Positions 36,320-50,192 of a DNA stretch of 64,000 nucleotides are shown here, piece after piece; within the stretch, counting starts at the first letter, position 1, and each line of letters starts with the position of its first letter. Below the pieces are notes generated by a model. That model made no database searches. It had not been told where the DNA came from and was given only the letters and a program-made list of their open reading frames with translations. The stretch is from contig JBNGIO010006030.1 of NCBI GenBank assembly GCA_049999805.1, positions 1 through 64,000 of the forward strand, written 5' to 3'. The translations under genes and the position numbers were made by a program. This DNA comes from Folioceros fuciformis (taxonomy: Eukaryota).

Positions 36320-38436
36320 TTAGAAGAAACCGGAGAGCGCCTCCACCACCTTCTCGGGCCTACATATGTGCGACAACACGACCGTGGGTAACGTGGAAAG
36401 GGGCAAGAAGCAAACAATAACAGGGTGGTGAGAGTTGGCAGACAAGACTCCAGTTTTGTAGGTGACCTAGCCTATCAAACGACTCACCAGTCTTCCTGAG
36501 GCAGATGGCCGGCCGCCTCCAAGAGCTTCACCTTGATGCACTCGGAGTTCTTGGAGGCGAAGTTTTCAGCTTCCGAGACCGGCAAATACTTGTCGGCTAC
36601 GCCCCATGGTACAATCACGGGCACACTCCAGCTGCGTCACGGAGGAGAACCTTGACAGTCAGAGGCACAAAACAAATACGAACAAGGAGTCTTGGGGAAA
36701 GAAGTTGGTTTGAACGCACTTTTTAGCGAATCCCTCACTAATTCGTTTCGTCAAGTCCTTCAGAGGAGCTTTTCGTGAGGATTCCAGAAGAGCTGAACCA
36801 TACTAACGATGTTAAACGCCGTCCTACATCAACTTGCGCACAACGACAAGGGAAGCATTTCGAGTGCGTTCTCACCGAATCCTGGATCACTACTGTCCAA
36901 GTATGGCAACCTGTAAACATCTGCGTCGTCTAGCTCCAAGACGTACCTGCAGCATGTAGAACTGGATGAGGAAAAACGAGGGGGAGATAGGAGATGACAC
37001 AATCCAATGTGGGTGAGAACATACGGGCTGCCCCCTTCAACAAACCGCTCCGGTAGGACGGCATTTTGGCATGTGAACTCCCCCAGAAATGGGATTCTGA
37101 CACGGAAGTTGCAAAAAAATTGTTCGTAAGGAGTCGGATTCTGGAAGAGATCGTCTGTTAAAAAGCACAATTCACCACTTGGGTCAGATTGTCTACCTCA
37201 GCTGCTGAAAGATACTTGGCAGTGGAGCCGACGGGGTGAGAGGAGAATTTAGGATCCCAATCTTGGAAACCCTGGAAGGATGTTTCAAGGCCCAAGTAAG
37301 TCCGTACGAGCCAACGATGAATCCCTGCAATTCTGACGAGAAGCATTCAGAAACCCAGGGTTGAACCTAAAGAAGGATGGCAGCAAGGGGACAATCAGAA
37401 TGCCTAAAGCGATACCTGAACGACAAGAAAGAAGGGCGATGTCACTTTCAACCTCGCCAGCAGTTTATCGAATTCCTCATGGTAAGCTTCCTCTGCAGCA
37501 CTTGATCATGAGAATACCTAGCAAAATCAGAATACGAATCGGAGTCTTTCATCAATGGACATGGTCACAACTGCAGCACAAAAGCAATCTACTGGGCACT
37601 CTTTACTGGAACGAAAAGAGGGCATCGTGACAAACCAGTGTAAGCAAAATCATAGCCTGGTTGCGGTCTCTCACTGAACCCGAAGCCAATCCAGTCAGGA
37701 GCATAGCAATGGTATCCCCTTTCAGATAGCTGATTCAAGGCAATTATTGGCACATGAGATACAGAGCAAAAGGCACACGCAGTACAGGAATGAGGTACAT
37801 GTACGGACAGCAGACCTGACTCATCACCACTCGGAAACTGTACGATTGGGTTGGTGAGCCATGCAGAAACACCACAGTCCCCTTACTCCCCGTCCCAGAT
37901 CCTTCAAGAACCCAACATACTGGACCAGATTAGCAACACGAGGCGCCAAAGCTAACCATCCGCACTGCGCACTCCCACATTTTCCAGTGGAGTTACCAGT
38001 TTCTCGCACGAACCACTTGAACTCCCCAGCACGCACGTAGTACCCAAAATCCCTCCCCTTGTTCTCTATCGCCTACGTGCAAGGCGAAGGATGAAAACGA
38101 GAAGCAGGAATCAACCAGCGTCCAAATGGCATTAATCCGGATCATGGTTCAATCCAACAAATGCATGCTCACGGTGATCATTTGTCCCAAGTTGCCATCC
38201 TGGGCAGGTGTGTTAGGCAGCTGAATGGCTGTCCTGCTGGACTCGTTGTCCGTGACAAAGTTGAAGAGGCCTTTGCTCTCTTGCGCGTCATTATCCGCTG
38301 CAGCGACGACGCTGGGCTTCCTCTTTCCAACCCGGCTCCATCCACCACCTCGGATGCTGCCGGAGCTGTGCGTCGTCAATGTGGAGCTGCGGCTGAGTGG
38401 AGCAACCGCGAGCCACGATGGGAGCTGAGCCGCCAT
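36320..38436 (-). CDS. Plastid alpha/beta hydrolase (haloalkane dehalogenase-like, At1g52510-like), multi-exon
   Basis: KWFVRETG, YHCYAPDWIGFG, RIPFLGEFTCQNA, DVYRLPYL, WGVADKYLP, AGHLPQEDWPEKVVEALSGFF*. Confidence 0.9.
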
Positions 38437-38949
38437 TGCCGAATCCAGGCGGCTGTCTCTCCTGCTCGCGTTCGACAGCAGAATTCGAAGATCCTCTCAG
38501 CCACACGAAACAGGATATCCCCGGGGATTGAAATATGGGAAAGACCGACACGTGAATGAGGAGAATCATCTGTGACGTAAAAAGTGGAAACTGGTCGGTG
38601 ACTCGTTCTCGATGGGTTGCAAATGTACACGAAAAAATACTTTAAGAGGAGGATCGTTTACCAATCTTGTGATTCGTATGATGAATTTTGAAACCCGTTC
38701 AAGCTTCGCGTTTCTAATCCCTGCTCATAACGCTGGGTTGGAACGCGAAGCGCAACTCCTCTTACACCCTTCTATCCCAGTCAATCCCGCAAAAAATGAA
38801 TTGAGACACCTCACAACAGACTTCGCATCAACACTCCGAACACCCTAAAGAACCGGTTACATGACCACAACACTCCTTGAGTAAAAGGGCTGCCCGGACC
38901 ACAGAAGCAAAGGTTTGAGTAACTCAAAACTTGGAGGTTCAGAGCTGCA

Positions 38950-40452
38950 TCATCTGTGCCCTGCAGGGTACGGTCTGTAGTCTGGTGATCTGCTACGATA
39001 TCGCCTTGCTGGTGACCGACTGCGCAAACGGAACAATCCCAAAGGTGAGAACTAAACAAAACAAGCCAAAAATAAGCATTAAGGCGCGGAGAAAAGCAAG
39101 TGCATGGGCAGCACAGGCCAACCTTCGGTGTCGAGCATAGGAAGGACTCTTAGCGCGCCCGTAGTCGGGGCTGCCACGGGTTCGGCCACCGTTGCGAGGA
39201 CTAGGGGATCTTGGAGAACGTCTGTCACCACCGTAGCCACCCAAAGGTGGATCACCGTCTTCACGGGCGGCATATTCCACAGTGATTACTCGGTCCATCA
39301 CCTTGCTGCAACACACAAAGAGGGGAAAGAGTGAGGCACCCTGCTATCCCTACGTTGACAAAAGGGGAAGACGGTGATGCAACTCTACCTGAGATTAGTA
39401 CAGTCTAGAGCCTTGGTTGCCTCATCTTGGGTTTCGTACTGTACAAATGCGAAGTTCTTTCGAATCTGCACACGCACCAGTTTCCCATACGGCTCGAAGT
39501 GCCTCTCTAAGTCCCGTACTCGTGTGTTGATAGGATCAAAGTTGACAACAAACAACGTCTTCGTAGGCCTTTGCTTGGTGATACTCCGTCTGGCATCCTC
39601 TCGACGTCTGATTGCACCGTCACCTTGCTGCAGCGCATTCACTCTCCCTTAAATTACCTACAGCGGAATCAGGAACGATGACTGTTGACCTATCAGAAGG
39701 AGGTGGCAGACCTTAGCCCACTCCACACGCAGCCGACGCCGTTGTCGACCGAACTCCGTATTGTCCAAAGCTTGGATAGCATCTTCAGCGTCCCGTTCAT
39801 CATCCATGTAAACGAACGCGAAACCTGCTTTTCCAAACACCAGCTAATACCCACTGAATCAAATCCAAGCTCAAGACCTAGTAACAAATCACTCCGTTAG
39901 CAGGCATCTTCACAAGAGGCGTGGCAACACCAGCTGACAAGGGAGTAGTTAACACTACACCTGGCATGTTGATTGCTGCAAAAAAGTATGATGTCAGGAA
40001 GCACGTTGCATGATACACGACAGGATGAAAGGTCTGTGGATGCATTGTATGACAAGTGACTCTCTTAACGAAGAAAATGTTGGCATCATGTAGGATGGGC
40101 ACACACAGGAGTCCAGCAACCAGCAAGAGCACTTATGCTCAAAGCATACGCCTGCACCACACCGATTCTTGAGTATGCCGGATACACACCCGCAGAAACA
40201 ACCATGTAATCAGCTAAAAACCACTCAAGCATCTCAACTACTCCTCGGGGCCGTCTCCACAACAACCTGCCGCGGGATCCTAAACCTCGCCCGACCACGA
40301 CCTAGCCACAAACGCAACATCCACCTTCAACGGAAAGGAATCAGACCTGTCTTCATGTCCACCCGATCAACTTTTCCAAACTTGCAAAACATGTGCTCGA
40401 TCTCGGAATGTCGAGCATCATACTCAAAGTTGCCACAAAACACGGGCCTCAT
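38950..40452 (-). CDS. Plant RS-subfamily serine/arginine-rich splicing factor (RS31/RS40/RS41-like; two RRMs + short RS tail)
   Basis: [52 protein letters not shown], and an RSP tail. Confidence 0.93.
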
Positions 40453-41242
40453 CTTCGCCAGCTTGACGGACTTTCTAAAACCCTGCTTAGCAACGCCCAG
40501 CCCTTCACACCCCGGGCAGTCGGGCTGCCCTCGACAGCCACAAACCCCAACCCTGATCCGCTTCGAACGAATCTAGCCTTCCACAGCCCTCAGCTCCGCG
40601 CTCTCCCTCCGCAGAGACCACGCCAGGTCACAGCCTTGCCTGCAGGAATCCCGTTTCCAGCTCCAGACGTCTCAAGCCCTTCTCACACAACCAGATTCTC
40701 CCACGCTTGTGCGCAATCAGATTATATACATGCGCGATGTTCCACGCTGCGAGGCAAGCCGCCAAGATGCTCCCGTGAAACTGCTTTGGAAACCCTGTCG
40801 CAAAATATGTCTGCCTTACACTCCCCCCTTACGCCACGTACCGACCGATGCACATCCGCTTATGGACAACAGGTAACACATTGAAAGTTTTCATATTACT
40901 AAACCTAAACATCGTAGCCACCAACCTAATTGAAAGTTGGAATAGTGGCGTACCGCATTGGCCTGCTAAACATAAGCAGCTTTGCGTTGAGGTGAGGGTA
41001 CAGTATGTACTTAAGTTGATGCAGTTGAATGAGTGAAGCGTGGATTTTTCGTTGAAGCTGGCGATGGAGGTTTCTAGAATGCAAGGTAGCTCAACGGAAA
41101 GGGGGACTTGTGACTGGAACTCTGGACCAGTCTGGTTCTGGATTTATGCAGGGTTCTGTTCTGGCCAAGAAACACGAGCAGTGCAAACTGCAAAGGCTCG
41201 TCGAGGATCAAGAAACTGGTGTCCCACGGCGAGCTGGCAGCC

Positions 41243-43654
41243 ATGTCTCTGCGAGTCGTGCTGTCTCGGCCGCTCTCGCCTCTGGCTGCGTCGGTGTGCG
41301 CGCGGTCCTATCACTGTCGGGTCGCGTCCGAACTCACCGCTTCCACCTCCTGCTCCAGCTCCCAGTGGCTTTCGCAGCACCGGGCCCTGCATTTCCATGC
41401 TTCACGAGTGGGGCGGCTGGGGTTCGGGAATCACAGCCCTCGCGAGCCCGGGGTCAGGGCCATGGCTTCTGTGGCAGGGGCGTCGGCTGAGGTGGGCACT
41501 GTTGCTGCGCAATTGGGTTGTTGTGGTGACAGTGGATGCATGCGCGCGTAAGCGAGGGAGAAGGGAGGAGGGGAGCAGAACTGGGAGGAGGATTTGTTGG
41601 GCGTGTGGTGTTCACGAGGTCTTTTCTGCCGTGCAGGCTGCTGCGGTGGAGACGGAGGAGGAAGAGCTCGCGTTCTGGGAGCGAATTGTAGAGCATCAGG
41701 TGATTTGNNNNNNNNNNNNNNNNNNNNNNNNNNNNNNNNNNNNNNNNNNNNNNNNNNNNNNNNNNNNNNNNNNNNNNNNNNNNNNNNNNNNNNNNNNNNN
41801 NNNNNNNGTAGAGCATCAGGTGATTTGCGGGGGGAGTGGGTTTTTGTGGGCCTGTGGGTCCTTTATTGCCGCTGGAATTGCGCTTACCGGGCATTTGGGC
41901 ACAGAGAACTGCTGCAAGGCTTCCCCACCTGGAGGAAGCTCGCCTGGTTGTGGGCACCAGCGTCAGCGGGATCCTTTCTACTAACTCGCAGGTTGGGATC
42001 CGTGATGTGATGCTTTCCTTTCGTGGGCTTTTACGTAGCCTTGTGCCTTGCAAGCTCAGCTTTGTTCATCTCTGCACTGGTGCAGAAATATGAAGGTTAT
42101 CCAACTGGATCGCTGATTGATTTTGCAGCTGATGACGAAGGGCGACCCATTCTAGCAATCAGCACACTTTCACAGCACACTAGGGTATCGATGATTCGCT
42201 AGATTTCTGCTCTTGTCTCGATGGTCATCGGCTTCCAAAATCTGTGTCTTTTGGAGCCTGACGATGCATTCTATTAGGATCTGGAAGCAAATCCAAGGTG
42301 CTCGCTGCTTGTTCCGCGAGATCCACTCGACAAAAGTGATACGACCATAACTCTGATTGGTGACGCCATCAAAGTGAGTTAGAAAGGTTTGGAATGCACG
42401 GCGGGGTCGTCTCTGTTTGTTGTGGTGGGACTGAGTACTAACACCTACCTGAAACAGGTGTCTGCAGAGGAGGAAGCAGGAGTTCGGGCCGCCTATCTCA
42501 AGAAACTTCCCAAGGCATTTTGGGTATGGTGGCATGACTATGTGATGTTGTGTCATTGGTATGAAGCTCAATCTCATGCGTTGCGGATGAACTTGAGACT
42601 GAGACCGAAGGCAGTTTGTATTTTCTTAGTCTTTGGCTCCGAAAAGTGAGTCCGACCATGTCTTCCCCGCCCGTCCAGGTTGACTTCGGTGATTTCCGGC
42701 TGTTGAGGCTTGAACCGAAGGGGGTTCGTTACGTCACTGGCATTGCTACTGGTGCAGCAGCAGTAGGAAGTAAGCGTTGAACCTGTCAGTCTTGAAAATC
42801 GGTTTCATGAGAAATTGTGTGGTTCGATCTGCATCCAGCGCGTGTGCTGCATTGAAGAAGACTGACCTGATGACCCCTTCGTTTTACCCCATTTGCTGTG
42901 GAACAGACTATTCAGGGGAGGACTACAAAGCTGCCACTCTGGATCGAATAGCTGCATTCAGTGCCCCTGTGGCGGTATGTCGATTTTGTTCTGAAGAGGA
43001 GTATCAATATCTCTCGTCGATTGCGTATTTGTTCAAGTCATGACGTGTTGGTCCTCAGGGACACATGAACAAAGATCATGCCGACGACACCAAGCTCATC
43101 GTGGAGACTGCTGTTGGAATTAAAGTATGGTGTCAGAACTTTCTTGGAAGAGCCTGCGACAAAGGTTCCTGTACCACTGAGTGAAAATCTGTTTGTGCAG
43201 GTTGATCGTGCTGAGATCCTCTCCCTCGACAGACTCGGTCTAACCGTGGAGGTAAACACGCGTTCTGTTATTCCTTCCTGCATGCATGTTCATCGCTCTC
43301 GGAGCTCTCTGCTCGTACTCACTTTGTAAACCGCACCTTGCTGCATGTGCATGTGCATGTCCTTCAAATTACAGGTTTCGAGAAAGGGAGGACTGCACAA
43401 ATTACGAGTGCCGTTTCCCAGGCCAGCAGTCGACCGCAAGTGAGTCGTTCACATCCAGCACCTTTACGGTTTTACATCTGTGCCTGGCTGGGAGAGGAAC
43501 AAGAAGTCCTGGGGACTCCCCAGGAAGAAAATTTGCTTAGAAACAGTGGTCTTGCAGGGATCTCAAGACTGTGATTGTGGAGATGTTGAAAGACGGAACC
43601 CCTGGTGTCAAAGCTCCTGAAGACGGCAAGTCTGAGACCGGGCAGCCACCATGA
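41243..43654 (+). CDS. HOZ: Plastid HugZ-like heme-degrading / PNPOx-family split-barrel protein (At3g03890-like), multi-exon
   Basis: Spliced exons give KYEGYPTGSLIDFA, DLEANPRCSLLV, FWVDFGDF, GHMNKDHADD, LDRLG and LRVPFPRPA..RKDLKTVIVEML. Confidence 0.85.
41708..41807. other. 100-N scaffold gap inside a HOZ intron with duplicated 20-bp flanks
   Basis: GTAGAGCATCAGGTGATTTG lies on both sides (41688-41707 and 41808-41827). Confidence 0.95.
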
Positions 43655-46600
43655 AACTACTCTCCCATTTAAATAAATCGGATGGTCCAGCTTGACCAAC
43701 CTTCAAGTACTGAGTGCAGTTTCCTGCATTTATAGATCTTGAACAGCATGCGTGTCCTGAGAAGGTGTCGAACGCACTCCTGCAGCACCTGTCGCTGACA
43801 GTTGTCTTCGCAATCTGAAAATGAAGGCCTGCTCCCATGAGCACGCAGCATTCGTTGCACAGTATTCCCTGACCCTTGGTTTGTTGTATAGTTAGAAGGC
43901 GGCCTACCGAGGGCGGCACAGCTGTGCCTGGTCCCGGGCCGTGCGTTGAAGACTGGACAGGGTAATTAGCTAGCCGTGCCTCCTGCAGGAAACTTGTGAC
44001 AGCTTCACCGCTCCCGAGGAGCCACCTCCTTGAGATGCTCACACCTTCCAGAACCAGGGTCACAGTATGGCACGGTCGCTTGGGTACGCCATTGCGGTAC
44101 GTCATAGGTTTTGTACCAATCCGCCAGGGACTGCGCTTAATTTTCTCCAAGGCAACAACTAGCGAAAGCGCAAACCTCCAGACTAGTGTCGGATTCGGAT
44201 TCAGGGCGGTCGGGAGGTGGACTGATGTCTCGCTTTATCCAAAACTGGCTCCACCTCGTGCCCGATGCCCGATTATAAAAACATGCCGTCCTCTTGCAAA
44301 CAAAGGTAAGCATTGTGCTGGCAGTGGGAAGGGCAGCATGTCCGTAAGGGCATCCACTGGGGTGAGTCCAGGTGCTCGAGTGCCAGCCTGTGTGCCAGAC
44401 TGCTAATGCGGATTTGAATGCCGGCAACAGGCACCGCATGCTCCACCTTGGCCTCATGTCGTCTGTAAACTGTACCAGTCCAGAGGTATAGTACATGCAT
44501 TTTATTTTCCATCCGGGCCTCCGTCCTTTTTATCTACTGCAGATGGCAAATCAAATCATAGGAAGGGCAAGAGAAACAAGAAACGGGCCAAACCATACCA
44601 GACCGGACCGGACCAGACCTGAACTGACCTGCAAGAGGACCTCGGGCAGTTGGAAGGAAAGCGCAACCTGTTTCGTCATCAGTGTTTGGTTGCTTGGGAC
44701 AAGCTTCCATGGACCAAATGAGTACCATAATAGCATATGGTGCCAAAACCGGGTAGTCTACCTCGACCCTAGAGGATATGCTACAAAAATGTGAGTCCGT
44801 TTGAGAAAGAGTTTTGTCAGCAAGATGCTCGGTCCCGCATGATTAGGCTTCTCTCCAGACATTCCCTCGCTCTATGTTGTCAACAGTGGTGGTCGTATCT
44901 ACGGCAAATCCTTGCGTTTTCTTGTGGCCATCACGGGGGCCCAAGGTGACGTATTAGCGTCCACAGATTCCTAACGGCAAGTGGGAGTTGAGTTGATGCA
45001 AGGCAGGCCGGAGCATGAACACCTGGGATTAAGCTGGCGGAAGCCATACTGCACTTCCTGATGTCCGAGATCTTCCATGTGACGAAAGCCAAAGTGTTTA
45101 GTGCTGGCCTATTCATCTCCACAGCGCACCAGTACGGGCACGCCAGAAGGAGCCTGGACTCCTGCACATATGTATATATGGTATGAATTTTTCTACAAGC
45201 CTTTCGTTTGCAACTACTGGATGCCACCGTGAGTGAAGCGGCAGAATCGCTCTCGGACAGGACAGCCGGGCAGCCCTTCGGAGTTGTTTACGGACTCCAG
45301 CAAGCTGCATGTCAGAGGGACAGTACGAAGGCTGCATTGAATGGTACACCGGTTACAGCAAATCGGGATTATGATATGTAAACGGGTCGCAGAGTAAAGG
45401 AGCAGTTTGATGGACTGTGGCAGGTATGCCACAGGTTCGTACAGTACTAGCACTGCCGCATATGCGGAACCACTTGGCCTTGAAAGTAGGTGCCCTTGGC
45501 CAGCATAAACTGTGATCCGAAGTCATGGAACGGAGGCCACGGAGTGGAGGTTTTGGTAGGCTACATATCCAGTTGGTGGGAGCCGTTCGTTGTGGCGAGA
45601 CGCTATGCCCGCCAGGACACTGATTAATCATCCGCCTTGATGATGGCAAGGAGAAGGATACAGGACCATACAGGAGTTCTGTGCTGCATCCCCAACGATG
45701 TCTTCGTGATGCAGGAGGCCGTGAATTGTCATCACTAGCGAAGTGCAGGAGCAATAGTGATGAGGAGCTAGGGCTAGGGCAACGGCAGAGTCACACTAAA
45801 GACTGCAGATTCGGGTAAGAGCCACCGCCATTGCATTGCATGTACACTGTACAGTCCCGTCCATGATCGTTCCGGACCTGGTGCGTTGTTGCTGCCCGTC
45901 CTGGCTCTGGACCTGGACCTGGTCCTGGTACACCCCACCTCCATTTCGACAGGCAGGCGGTTGCAAGGGCCAGGCAGGGACAGGGCCAGGCAAAGGGGCC
46001 AGGCAAAGGGGCCCCTAGGGACAGGAGCAGCGGCAGAGGCAGGGCCCCATAGGAGGTGGCGTGCCCGAGTTCAGTGGGGCCCCCGCTGTCCTGGGGAGCA
46101 TGGGAAAACTGACCGCGTGAGGAGTCCGGCCTCCGGCCTCTGGTGGGAAGCTCGCGGGAAGTGTGTTGTGGGTTCCGGTAATCCGCACGCGTATGGTTCG
46201 CATTTCCTCCTTTGCGGGAGGAGATTAATCAAAAGAAATAAAAATTGGCCCGCAGCTCCGGGATTGTAATGGAGTGAGGAGTCCTGGACGGAAATGGCGG
46301 CAGTTACCAGGTCCAATCAGGGTTGTGCGCTGTCTGCAGCCCGTGCCCCGGGGCCTGCGACAGATAGAGCAGTGCAAGCTTTCAAAGGTGTGGGTGTGAG
46401 ATGAGAGAAGTGTGTCTCGCAGAGAGAGGTGGAGCGTCACCGTGGAGCCGGAGCAACAGCTGCCGGGCTGCCATCACGATTCACGGCCGATGCTGGATTC
46501 AGGCGGTATTAATGGCAGTTGATGACATGTTTGGCGGGCATCACGAGAGACTGCGAGAAGCTACGGCCAAAGCAATCCTAATGGGGACTCTGAACTCGGG

Positions 46601-47858
46601 ATGCGAGTAATAATAAAACTTGCGCAGGCCTGCGCCTGCGGCATGGATTCTATTCTACCCGGGGTTTTTGCTCTGGCTCTGGCTCTGGCTCTGCGCTTGT
46701 CCCATTCTCCAAAACGACAGGAGCGCGTCTGCCATCGTCTGACGCTGCTGCATCTCCACACTGTGGGATACAGGAATACAGCTTACATACTACAGTGTGG
46801 ATGGGAGAGAAAAGGAGGAGAAAAGCTGTGGTGAGGGGAAAGGTAAAGAATTGCGCGGAGTCAGGCATGGCGATGTGCAGTGAGGTGGAATAGCATGGAA
46901 TGGACTGGATGTCACTGTTTCATCATTCGTACCCCCCGGAAGAGGAAGAGGAAAGGTTGGGTGATGGGTCATGGAGGCTCATGCCCCATGGCTGAACTTG
47001 CTTACAGGCGCAAAACGCGAGGAGGCCAAAAGGGGGCTCAACTCTCTAATCATGGCGCAGGGCTGGAGGGTGAGGCCATGTGGAGGGCCCAGCCCTCCTG
47101 CTGCCCCCTCTTCTCGGGCACCACAGTGTCCAGAGGCCAGGAATAAAAAGGAGGTACATACATCAAGCACGCCTGTAATACAGTGCTCTCCACTGCACAG
47201 TGCAGGAGCAGCAGCAGCAACAGTAGCAGACTCTCTCTCCCACCAAGCAGAGCCGGGAAGCGCTCCACAAGTCCAGATGGACCTGGCAATGGCGGCAGGC
47301 CCTCCTTGTTGGCACGGAAAAGGGGAGGGAGGGCAACTTCTGATATCTACATAAAGCTCATGGTGGGGCAGTCCTCGGCGTCCAAAAGAGGTCTGGAAGA
47401 GAAGTCGAAGAGGAGAGTCTTCCAAGAGGAAGGGAAGGGGAAGAGGAAGAGGAAGAGAGATCCTGGTCCAAGAAGACAGAAAGACAGACAGGAGGAGAGA
47501 CAAGAGGACGCGAGGCAAGAGTCATTGCGGTGGCCACCCCAGTTCCCACTGCACTCCACTCCACTCCCGGCCTGGGGAGAGAGAGAAGCGGGGCAATCGG
47601 CACTGGGAGGTGGTTATTCCCGCCCGTGCAGGCTCACATTCAGCCACCGGGCCATGAATGGAGGTGGAGCCAGCGGGGGCATGAAGGATGGGGGAATGCA
47701 GCCGCACCCGCAGCTGCACCGGAGGAGAAGGCGAGGTGGGGCTGCCAGGGCGTGAAGGTGGAAGCTTGTCCTGGCTCCTCCTCCTCCTCATCCATCTGCC
47801 TTTCCTGCAGCCCTACCTTGGATTGCAGAACTAGGCCAGGGCCAGGCCATATCCGCTC

Positions 47859-50192
47859 ATGGCAGTGGAGCCTCCCGCGCCTGCAGCCGCAGCGCCATCC
47901 TCCCCGCCCTACACTGCCCGTCCACAGTCTGCCTGGCGCGTCGGCGTCGACGACGACCACGTGGTTCTGAAGCCCGCCCCCGCCGCCGGGGTTTACGGCA
48001 GCGGCAAGGACTCAACCTCCACCTCCCTGCTGCACCGCCGCGGCGGCAGCAGCAGCAGCAGCGGCCGCATCACGCTGCGCAAGGAGGTGGTGGAAGCGGA
48101 GCCCTCCTGGTGCTGCATCTCCCGCCCGCTCTCCGCCTCCTCCCCGCCCGATCCACAGCAGAGAGAGGTGCACAAGGAGAAAGAGCAGCAGCAGCATCCG
48201 CAAGGGCCAGGCCACCGGCGCATGCGATCCCGCTCGTACTCCGGCGAGCTCGTGGTGGCCACTTACAAGAAGTCCGGCGAGCTGGTGGCGTACAACAAGA
48301 AATCCGGCGAGCTGCAGGTCACGTACAACAAGAAGAGCGGGGAGCTGGCCATCGTCCCGCTCAAGAGCAGCAAGAGCAAGTCCGGGGAGCAGCAGCAGGG
48401 ATCGTCTGGTTCGCCCTTCCGCCGCCTTTCACTGTCCCCAGGGAAGGTGTCGCCGTTGGTGGAGCAGGCCATGCCGCCGGGGTATTCCGCCCGGGCTGGC
48501 AGCACCGTCGCCTCCTCCCCGCCCGTGGACAAGATCAAGTCCTCCCCCACGCTCTTCGAGATGATGTCCCACGAGCACGAGATGCAGGCGAAGCCGGCTG
48601 CCTCCACCGCCTCCCCACAGCAAGTAGCGGCTCCGCAGGCTGCCGTAGCCGCGCCGATCCCCACATTGCAGCCCGGCGGCGCAGCCGGCGCTGGCGCCGC
48701 AGCAGGGGCCACCATGGCCATGGTGTCCCACGGCACCCGCCAGTCCTCCTTCCAGGAGAAGATGGCCTCCCTGCTCGCAGGCGGCAGCCCCGGGAGCCAG
48801 TTTAACGACGCCGACTCCAGCGACGTCAAGCTCACCCTCAGCAGCAAGGAGGGGTACAGCGTCTCGGTCAACGTGCACCGCCATATCCTCGTCACGCACA
48901 GCAGGTTCTTCGCGGCCAAGCTCTCAGACCGCTGGTCTAAGCAGCAGCGCTCCCTCCCTCACCTGGTCGAGATCTCCGACTGCGAGGATGTGGAGCTCTA
49001 CCTCGAGACGCTCCGCCTCATGTACTGCCAGGACGTGAAGCGCCGGCTCATGAAGGAGAACGTCCCCCGCGTCCTCGGCATCCTCAAGGTGTGTGTTTTG
49101 TGAATCGTCTTGAAATCGTGTTCGAGTCGCCTTTTCAATCTTTTTGAGACGCGGGAGGGTCATGCGTGCTGAAGCGGCTGGAGATGGAGCCTGACACAAG
49201 CTGGTTTTTTCCTCCCGGGGCTGGGATGGAACTTGGACTGGATGTTGCAGGTGTCGGCAGCGATCGTGTTCGAGGCCGGGGTCATATCTTGCCTGGAGTA
49301 TCTGGAGGCTGTGCCATGGCAAGAGGACGAGGAGGAGAAGGTGACGACGCTGCTGTCGCAGCTGCAGCTGGACAGGGTGGGGGCGGCGGAGGTTTTGAAG
49401 AGGTGCTACCCCGCAGACGCGGGGACCGACAACGAGGATGTGCTGGTGAAGTTGCTGCAGTCGGTGACGAATAGTACGGATGAGAAGGCGAGGAGGGAGA
49501 TGAAGTCGCTGGTGGCCAGGATGCTGCGGGAGAATTCCAACAACCTGAAGGAGCCAGCGGATGTGAGCAAGGAGAGCCTGTACCGGGCGTGCCACGGCTG
49601 CCTCGACTCGCTGCTGCATCTCTTCATGCAGGCCACCACCCCGGACTTACTGACCAAGAACGGGGGGGATAGAGGGACTATGGTTTCGCAGATAGGGCGG
49701 CAGGCGGATAACTTGCACTGGCTTGTGGACATCCTGATCGACAGGAGAATTGCGGATGATTTTATCAGAATGTGGGCGCACCAGTCGGAGCTGGCTACTC
49801 TGCACACGCAGATCCCCACCATGTTCCGGTACGAAGTGAGTCGCCTCACTGCCCGCCTTTGCGTGGCTATTGGGAAAGGACAAGTGCTGTGCCCGAAGGA
49901 AGTGAGGTTTTGTCTCCTGCAAACTTGGTTGCAACCGCTGGTTGACGACTTCGGGTGGATGCAACGAGGGTGCAAGGGTCTGGACAAAAAGGTTGTGGAA
50001 GAGGGTATCAGTCAGACCATTTTGACACTGCCGTTGAAGCAGCAGCAGAACATCCTGATGGCCTGGTTCGATCGGTTTTCTAACAACGGTGACGACTGCC
50101 CAAACCTCCAAAAGGCTTTTGAAGTTTGGTGGAGGCGAACCTTCATGCGGCCGAACGTGGAGGAAGAGTCATCATTGCAGGCGGAGTTCTAG
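47859..50192 (+). CDS. BTB/POZ domain protein At1g63850/At3g50780-like (exons 47859-49088, 49251-50192)
   Basis: [74 protein letters not shown]. Confidence 0.93.

Noticed and set aside
43700-47800. Many short ORFs between HOZ and the BTB gene
   Set aside because: No recognisable domain or coherent exon chain. 46600-47850 looks like the BTB gene's promoter/UTR.
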